A stretch of 5,956 bases of DNA from Octopus sinensis. Taxonomy: Eukaryota. Positions 1 to 5,956 of the stretch are shown in pieces. The position numbers and the translations under genes are program-made. The notes beneath the pieces were generated by a model. It made no database searches, had not been told where the DNA came from, and saw only the letters and a list, made by a program, of their open reading frames with translations. Within the stretch, counting starts at the first letter, position 1. Every line of letters begins with the position of its first letter. The stretch is taken from the NCBI RefSeq assembly GCF_006345805.1, contig NW_021829755.1:1-5956 (forward strand). Reading direction: 5' to 3'.

Positions 1-10
1 ACTGAACATC

Positions 11-195
11 TCAGTATAGGGACGTAACCAAACCCTACCGATGGTCAAGCGGTGGTGGTCGAAAATCCCATCCCCGGGGGCACAAACCCAACATACATAC
101 ATCAGGCTACTTTCAGTTGCTGTCATCGAATTCTCGCATAATCCATTAGCTCCGATCGGAGTAGACTGAACTTGGACCCATGTGGTTACCAAATA
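11..195 (-). mobile_element. Decayed tRNA-derived SINE remnant (octopus-type); its 3' end lies outside the window
   Basis: B-box-like GTTCAGTC on the minus strand at 171-164. The blocks gggacgtaaccaaacc..gtcaagcggtggtgg, catacatac..ggctactttcagtt and gactgaac..ccatgtggtt occur in the order I recall for an abundant octopus SINE. Family identity is from memory only and the boundaries are approximate. Confidence 0.55.
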
Positions 196-456
196 CCCAG
201 ACCCTTCACTTGACTGCTGTGGTGTGCCACTCTTGGCTGTCACCATTCTTAAGGGTATAGAAACTGTTGTGGGGACGTTTCCTCAGCTTATCTTTCCTAG
301 GGCGACATATTATAACAAGAACACTGCATCAGTCTTGAAGATTCGCCTCTTCTCACCCATGGCTTTGTTCGATTGTTCACGCAATCCTGTTTCCATTCGG
401 ACTATGTGCTGCTTGGGACAAAAGTCTGATATTCTGAGGAAATATGTGTATTTGAA

Positions 457-516
457 AACATACATACATACATACATACACACACGCGTGCACACACACA
501 CATATGTATATATATA
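457..516. repeat. Compound microsatellite (TACA)n-(CA)n-(TA)n
   Basis: Directly visible: acatacatacatacatacatacacacac...cacacacacacatatgtatatatata. Confidence 0.95.
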
Positions 517-570
517 AATTAGAGATAAAACCACTATTAGGCAAATAAAACAGTGAAAAGCATATACCAA

Positions 571-808
571 AACATAAAAATAAATATAATTAATATAATA
601 TACAAAATATATAAAATATAAAATTTAAAATTTAAATTATTTAGATTAAAATTTTTTTAATTTATAATTATAAATTTTAAAATATATTTTTATATATATT
701 ATATATATAATATATATATTAATCCTAAATCTAATTTTTACCTGTAAGTGGATTCACTCCCTAGATTATATATATATATGTACGTTAATATATATATACA
801 ATATATTA

Positions 809-854
<46 letters not shown>

Positions 855-857
855 TAT

Positions 858-891
<34 letters not shown>

Positions 892-900
892 ATATTATAA
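571..900. repeat. AT-rich low-complexity tract with (TA)n microsatellite (pure run 816-852), interrupted by a complex island at 721-763
   Basis: Nearly all A/T, with long alternating TA runs. Confidence 0.95.
721..763 (+). repeat. Short dispersed-repeat fragment, inverted homolog of 4883-4929
   Basis: 721-749 matches the reverse complement of 4901-4929 at 25/29 positions. Both copies then share ggatt and tcccta. Confidence 0.75.
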
Positions 901-920
901 TGATTGATTGATTGATTGAT
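901..920 (-). repeat. LINE 3' terminal tail (ATCA)5
   Basis: (TGAT)5 on the plus strand directly after the 3' UTR. Short tandem tails are typical of CR1/L2 elements. Confidence 0.88.
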
Positions 921-928
921 TCCAGTTT

Positions 929-962
929 CAGCTCAGGCTGTGGCCATGCTGGGGCACCGCCA
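929..962 (-). promoter_or_regulatory. LINE 3' UTR tandem stem-loops (putative RT recognition signal)
   Basis: Minus strand TGGCGGTGC-CCCA-GCATGGCCA (962-941; 8 pairs including one G.U, plus a G/G mismatch), followed at once by CAGC-CTGA-GCTG (940-929). Confidence 0.55.
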
Positions 963-987
963 TTTGGTGTTGCTACACAGTTTTACT

Positions 988-3947
988 TCACGAAAGCTTT
1001 TTAGCAACTGCTATTTGGTGCATGAGAGAGTTCGATGCAGCTGCCCTCATCTGCACCTCCTGACGTGAAGTTGGTTCATCTGGGACACCTGACAGGAAGA
1101 GATCCAGTTTCATTTTAAAGACATCTGCGTCCACCCCATGCAGGTCTCTTAGGTTCTTCGGGAGGATATTGAAGAGCTGTGGGACTCGGAAGCCCAGGCT
1201 ATCACAGTATCTTGTCCTACATCTTGATGGCAAATTTGGATCCTAGGCACCACGCTGTGGCGCCCAGTTCTGGCATTTGTGTAACTCTCGATGCCAAAGT
1301 TTGGGACAAGTCCCTCCAGGATCTTCCAGATGTATATTATGGCATATCTTTCCCGCCTACGCTCCAAGGAATATAGTTTTAATCTCTAGAGTCTTTCCCA
1401 GTAGCTTATATTTTGCATAGAGGCTATCTTCTTCGTGTAGCTACGTTGGATCGCCTCAAGTTCTGTGATCAACTTGACACTGGATGGTGACCATAACTGA
1501 GAGCAATAGTCAAAGTGGCTTAGGACAAGTGTCATCCAGAGGACCATCATGGTTTCTTGCTCTCTTGTTCTAAAGGTTCTGAGAATCCATCCGGCCAGTC
1601 GTCTACATTTCATTGCCAATTTAGCAACATGTACACGAAAGGTTGCGTCATCACTCATGTAAATACCCAGGTCACGCACTGATTGTGTCTCTGGGATTGC
1701 AATTCCTCCGGGTCCAGTGTATTCGTTGGGTATTGCATTTGGTTTTGCATGCTGATAGTATAATGCTTGAAACTTTTCAGCATTGAACTGCATGCATATT
1801 CTTTTCAGCCCACTTGTATATTTCGTCCAGCTCACATGCAGGTGCTGCTTAGTGTCTTAGGGTTCTGTATTGCCTGTGAAACTTTTGTATCATCTGCATA
1901 ACTTGTGATCGTGGCTCTCTGCGTGGCTGAGGCATGTCTGAGAGGGCCATTATGAACAGTAGTGGTCCCAAAACAGTGCCCTGCGGAATACTGCTCACTA
2001 TTTGCCTGTTAATGGAAGTGGCTGCTACCACCTGACTTCTATTCTTCAGAAAGTCATGAAGCCATTCTCCCAATTTTCCAACTATGCCAAGATCACGCAG
2101 TTTGTGACATATCATTCCATGATCGACTTTATCAAAGGCCTTTGCAAAGTCGAGATATATGACTTCCACATTTGAGTGGTTGAGCATTTGTTTCAGCACC
2201 CAGTCATAGTGTTGTAGGAGCTGAGTTAAGCAGCTTCTTCATGGTCGGAAACCATGTTGGTTCAGGCAGCAAGTCATTTTCTTCAAGGAAGGTGATTAGT
2301 TTCCTTCTGACTATTCGTTCCATGACCTTGCTGATGTGTGAGGTGAGAGAGATAGGTCTGTAGTTCTTGGCCTCTGCTCTGCTACCTCTTTATGAATAGG
2401 GCATATTTTTACCTTCCTTCAGTTTTTTTGGAAGTTTGCCAGCTGCAAGGAAGCTCTGAAAGAGGATCTGCAGTGGTCTTGCTAGGACTCTCTTACATGC
2501 TTTTAGGAGGATTGCCGGGAATCCATCGGGGCCAATAGCTGAGTCTGTTTTCATTTCATCTATGGCCTTTATTACATCGTCTTCCTTTATATCGATGTAA
2601 TTTATCGTCGCCGCCTCTGATTCTATATCTGCAGTGGTAAAGAAGCCAGTTGGATTTGTGATTTGGAAATGCCCGAGGGGTGGAGTGAAAACACTCTTGA
2701 ATTGCTCATTCAGTATTTCACTTACCCTCATTGGTTTTCCTGTAAGTGTGCCATCCTTTTCAAGGAGTGGCCCTATTCTACAGTGCACTGTAGCTGTCTC
2801 TTTGGCATACCTGTAGAAAGCTCTGGGGTTAGATTTTATGTTGTCTATAGCCCAGGCTTCTTTGTCTGCTCTTTCCTTTTCATGGGAGAGTTGCAGACAT
2901 TTTTCAATTTCCAACAGTTTTATTTTCAGGCGGGACTTTTCACTGCTTTCAATCTGTTTGTTTAGGCGATTTGAAATTTTTGTACGCCGTCTCATTAAAA
3001 TTTTCTTCTCTCTGGGGATTTTGTTCTTGTGTACAGTGGCCTTTCTCTCTGGGACACATTTGTAGCATATGGCTTGCGTTACAGACATGAATTGTTGAAG
3101 TTTCACGTCGATGTCTGGCGAGGAGAGACATTTAGGCCAGTTTTGTTTGAGGATCTCTTTCTCAATTTGTTTCCAGTTTGCCTTATGGTAGTTCAAGCTG
3201 GAAAGATTCTGAGGGTTTCTTGCAGGCTGCATGTCCGTGCTCTCTTTTGGCCCGTACATGGTCAGCTCTACCATGTTGTGATCCGAGAGTAGTGTCGGTG
3301 TCACTTTCACATTATGGATGAGATCCATATTATTTGTGAAGCAGAGATCCAGTGTGTTACCTGCCCTGGTTGGTTGGAGTATTACTTGCTCTATGTACAG
3401 GGTGTTGATGAGGTTCAGGAGGGACGTCGCCTGTGCTCGTTCACATCTTGTCATTCCTGGGAGAGAAAGGCCCTCAGGCCATCTGACATTGGGTACATTG
3501 AAGTCTCCCATGAGAAGTACACTTATATATTGTTCTAATGTGATTAGAACTTCTTCTATTTTTATAAGGCAGTCTTCGAACTTGCCTACATGGCTTGGGG
3601 CATCTCGAGGGCGATATGTAGCACACACAACTACATCAAGTTGCCTTATGTGTACAATTAGTGTGTCACACACCGAGTTTGAGTATGACAAAAGGACCTG
3701 GGGTGTGAGGTCCTCACGGATGTACATAGCAACTCCTCCATGACTCCTTTCTTTTCTGTCGGTCCGTAGTACAACATACTGTGGTATGTGTAATTCCGCA
3801 TCTGCTATGTCCGGTTTCAGGTGCGTTTCCGTAAGTGCTATGCATAAGGCTTGATTGCATGCGACAAAGTCTCTCAAGAACGGGATTTTTGTCCTGTTAC
3901 TGAGTGTTTGCAGTCCTGAGGTGTATGTTGTTGCCGGCGGTGTCCAT
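988..3947 (-). pseudogene. LINE ORF2 (APE endonuclease + reverse transcriptase), disrupted
   Basis: APE motifs: LTETHL (E at 3829), GGVAMYI, YRP, GDFN (3508-3497), PTR..TLDL, SDH (3286-3278). RT motifs: GPDG, NYRPISLTS, YLDFAKAFDKVDH, PQGTVLGPLLF, YADD (1900-1889). About ten lesions: indels near 2408, 2388, 2260, 1931, 1858, 1837, 1795 and 1238, and stops at 2241-2239 and 1388-1386. This unites track ORFs 2390..4165, 1849..2199, 1386..1835, 1149..1367 and 988..1233. The start is uncertain (ATG at 3947 is in the -1 frame). Confidence 0.93.
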
Positions 3948-4597
3948 CTTGGGTCTGTTTGCTGTGGTGGTCTTGTATATTGTGGGTAGTCCCACCTGCG
4001 AGCTTGGGTTTGATGAAGCCAGGTCAGCTGCTGTACAATCTTTTGTGCCATGCACAAAAAAGATTGCTGCTCAGCAGCTGCCCTTTCAACAACATCATGT
4101 TGGCGGTTTGTGGCACGCACCACATCTGCGTACCTCCGTTTTGGGGCAGGTGGTGCGTGGTCCATCCCTTTCCTTGTGTTGATGGTTTGTTTATCTGTTT
4201 TCGTTTCGTGTCTCTGCGGCAGGGTCCCCGATGTGCAAAGCGGCAGCCTGCACCTTCCTTTCCATGCCAGCAGGTACCTCTCATGTACAACCTACACACC
4301 CGTGTGCGCTGTCTGCCTCCATCCCTTGCGGTTCCACTTCTATTCCTGGCTGTTTCACCCTTTGGTCCTGCTTGAGCTTTTCCTTTAGCTCTTTCAGTCC
4401 TTCTTTTAGTTCTTCCTCCCTCTACCTCTTCCCTGGGTTCTCCATCTCCATGGCCCTTGCTGCCGGTAGGAGCACTTGTACTTGGGTTCACTTCCCGGGC
4501 AGGTTTCTCGTTCAAAACCCCTTCCCGTGTGTCTACCAGGTGGGGGTGACTTCTTTCATCGTCTCCATCCTTGTCATCTTTGTCCTGCTCTTTCTCA
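3917..4597 (-). pseudogene. LINE ORF1 remnant (charged disordered region, CCCH-like zinc finger, Q/P-rich C-terminus), 5'-truncated and split over two frames
   Basis: The frame of track ORF 4024..4515 stays open upstream (EKEQDKDDKDGDDERSHPHLVDTREGV) up to the TA tract, and contains CRLYMRGTCWHGKEGAGCRFAH at 4296-4231. The ORF1-like C-terminus (RRYADVV...QSFLCM...) continues in the frame of ORF 2390..4165. Confidence 0.7.
4021..4084. other. 64-nt imperfect inverted repeat (long hairpin) containing a U6G slippery-like run
   Basis: Plus strand: agg-t-cagctgctg-ta-caatc-tttt-gtgc-[cat]-gcac-aaaaaa-gattg-ctgct-cagcagctg-c-cct, giving 25 Watson-Crick pairs (3+9+13). Confidence 0.75.
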
Positions 4598-4606
4598 TAT
4601 ATGTTA

Positions 4607-4633
4607 ATATATATATATATATATATATATATA
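4607..4633. repeat. (TA)n microsatellite
   Basis: Pure alternating AT run next to the 5' truncation point of LINE copy 1. Confidence 0.97.
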
Positions 4634-4717
4634 ATGAAGGTGGAAATAGCACAGAATTAGTTCAAAGACATTTCAATTTCAGAGGGGATTTAATAAAAGA
4701 TTATATAAATAAAATAT

Positions 4718-4760
4718 TAATATTACCGGTTTCGATGTATTTCATCTTATCAAATTATCA
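4718..4760 (-). ncRNA. Minimal type I hammerhead-ribozyme-like motif (U3-A8 variant), possibly from a Penelope-like element terminus
   Basis: Minus strand: tgataat-TTGATAA-gatg(aaata)catc-GAAA-ccgg-TA-atatta. It has the core, a 4-bp stem II, a palindromic ACCGGT stem III, a GUA triplet and a weak bulged stem I. Confidence 0.5.
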
Positions 4761-4807
4761 GGAGACGTTTTAAGTAAAAACTGTCTACCTTCTGTCTGGA
4801 AGTCAGG

Positions 4808-4810
<3 letters not shown>

Positions 4811-4875
<65 letters not shown>
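4811..4875. repeat. (TA)n microsatellite, 65 nt perfect
   Basis: Pure alternating AT run. Confidence 0.98.
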
Positions 4876-4877
<2 letters not shown>

Positions 4878-4882
4878 TATAT

Positions 4883-4929
4883 TAGGGAATATAATCCCAA
4901 ACTTACTGGGAAAAATTCAATTTAGGATT
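4883..4929 (-). repeat. Short dispersed-repeat fragment, inverted homolog of 721-763
   Basis: Reverse complement aatcctaaattgaatttttcccagtaagtttgggattatattcccta versus aatcctaaatctaatttttacctgtaagtggattcactcccta. Confidence 0.75.
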
Positions 4930-4969
4930 TCTAAATCAAATTTCTAAATATATAATATAAATATATATA

Positions 4970-5956
4970 TTGGAACACAGACATATTGAACGAACCAGTG
5001 GACTTCTTTGCCGCCTCACCTATAACCAGTGAGGCGGTTACAATAGAATGTATTGATATTAGCGAAAAAGATGTCCTACTAGCCATAGATGAAGTGGACA
5101 CAAACTCAGCTGCTCGTCAAGACGGTTTCCCAGCAATCCTCCTCAAAGCCTGTAAGCATGCCCTGGCAAAACCCCTCAAGATTCTCTTCCAGAGCTTTCT
5201 TGCGAATGGCAAACTGCCAAGCAAGCTGAAGGAGGGAATAATATGCCTAATACATAAAGGGGGAAGTAGAGCAGATACCAAAAACTATAGGCCTATCTTC
5301 CTAACTTCACACATCAGCAAAGTCATGGAACGGATAGTCAGAAAGAAACTAATCGCATTCCTTGAGGAAAATAACTTGTTGAGTGATACCCAGCATGGTT
5401 ATCAACCAGTTAGGAGCTGCCTGACCCAGCTCTTACAACATTATGACTGGGTGTTGAGGCAGTTACTCAACAAATCAAATGTGGACGTAATCTACCTTGA
5501 TTTTGCAAAAGCTTTTGACAAGGTGGATAATGGTATGATATGCCACAAACTGCGTGACCTCGACATAGCTGGAAAACTTGGAGTGTGGTTACATGACTTC
5601 CTGAAAGATAGGAGTCAGGCAGTAGTGGTTAATGGAGCCACCTCTATGAACACACAAATAGTGAGCGGTGTTCCACAGGGCACTGTCTTGAGACCACTGC
5701 TTTTTATAGTGGCCCTCTTAGATATGCCCTCAAATGCCCGGATAGCCAATCTGGCCAGCTATGCAGACGATACGAAAGTCTCGCAGAAAATACAGATCCC
5801 CAGCGATGTAGCACACCTGCAGCAGGAGTTGGACTCAATCTACAGATAGGCTGAGGATAATAATATGCAGTTTAATGCTAAAAAATTCCAGGCCCTGCGC
5901 TACCAGCACCCAAAACTCAATATTAAACTTACAGGATACACCGGTCCACAGGGAAT
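4970..5956 (+). mobile_element. CR1-group LINE fragment (copy 2), 5'-truncated in the APE-RT linker, continuing past the window end
   Basis: Collinear protein homology to copy 1 (about 2680->1705), beginning right after a TA-rich tract. Confidence 0.92.
4986..5956 (+). pseudogene. Reverse transcriptase domain of LINE ORF2, partial and degenerate
   Basis: NYRPIFLTS, YLDFAKAFDKVD, GVPQGTVLRPLLF, YADD (5760-5771). TAG at 5847-5849 replaces the Trp seen in copy 1, and homology continues in frame (AEDNNMQFNAKKFQALRY). Conserved motifs are damaged (GPDG->RQDG, LGP->LRP). The TTG start is an artefact of truncation. Confidence 0.92.

Larger units (their letters stand above)
901..4597 (-). mobile_element. 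CR1-group non-LTR retrotransposon (LINE), 5'-truncated and degenerate, 3' end intact (copy 1)
   Basis: Order on the minus strand: ORF1 remnant, APE, RT, CR1-type C-terminal motifs (RDLGI, FDYCSQLWSP, LEAIQRSYT, SLERRRERY, FRVPQLFNILP), stop at 990-988, about 67-nt 3' UTR, then a tandem-repeat tail instead of poly(A). TA tracts flank both sides. Confidence 0.93.

Noticed and set aside
182-570. Track ORFs 182..517 (+) and 310..570 (-)
   Set aside because: Partly made of translated microsatellite (YIHTYIHT, VCVC), with non-ATG starts and no recognisable domain.
4024-4291. Programmed frameshift between the zinc-finger frame and the 591-aa frame
   Set aside because: The frames overlap, but I found no in-phase X XXY YYZ heptamer in the zinc-finger frame. 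An indel after the finger is simpler.
784-4617. gttaatatatatata at 784-798 and 4603-4617 as a target-site duplication
   Set aside because: Low complexity, and the left copy is about 100 nt from the LINE 3' tail.
4755-4761. CTGATAA as the hammerhead core in an alternative register
   Set aside because: It gives a C3/A8 mismatch, no adjacent stem II and no stem I partner. The TTGATAA register fits better.
1179-4773. Plus-strand ORFs overlapping LINE copy 1 (e.g. 3318..3743, 3959..4375, 4231..4773)
   Set aside because: Antisense shadows of the LINE coding sequence with no motifs; 4231..4773 also reads through (TA)n.
4636-4792. gaaggtgga / tctaccttc as terminal inverted repeats of the 4634-4810 island
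   Set aside because: Only 8/9 matching and not symmetric to the island ends; compatible with chance.
988-5956. Prokaryotic RT system (retron, group II intron, DGR or CRISPR-RT)
   Set aside because: The N-terminal APE domain, CR1-type C-terminus, tandem tail and microsatellite context indicate a eukaryotic LINE. No repeat-spacer array or template/variable repeat pair is present.
4970-5956. Copy 2 as a twin-priming inversion or local duplication of copy 1
   Set aside because: The copies overlap in element coordinates and differ mainly at synonymous sites, so they come from separate source lineages.

Overview
Repeat-dense eukaryotic DNA with no recognisable host gene. From memory, the short repeats resemble octopus/cephalopod families; this is not verified. 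The main feature is a 5'-truncated, decayed CR1-group LINE on the minus strand (about 4597->901). It carries an ORF1 remnant with a CCCH-like zinc finger, an APE endonuclease, a broken reverse transcriptase, a short structured 3' UTR and an (ATCA)5 tail. A second, diverged LINE of the same type starts on the plus strand at about 4970 and runs off the window. A decayed tRNA-derived SINE lies at the left edge, and (TA)n tracts separate the elements. The best leads are: (i) a minimal hammerhead-ribozyme-like motif with a U3-A8 core variant (4760->4718); (ii) a candidate -1 frameshift signal (U UUU UUG) inside a 64-nt hairpin at the ORF1/ORF2 boundary; (iii) a roughly 45-bp inverted repeat pair bracketing the first LINE.
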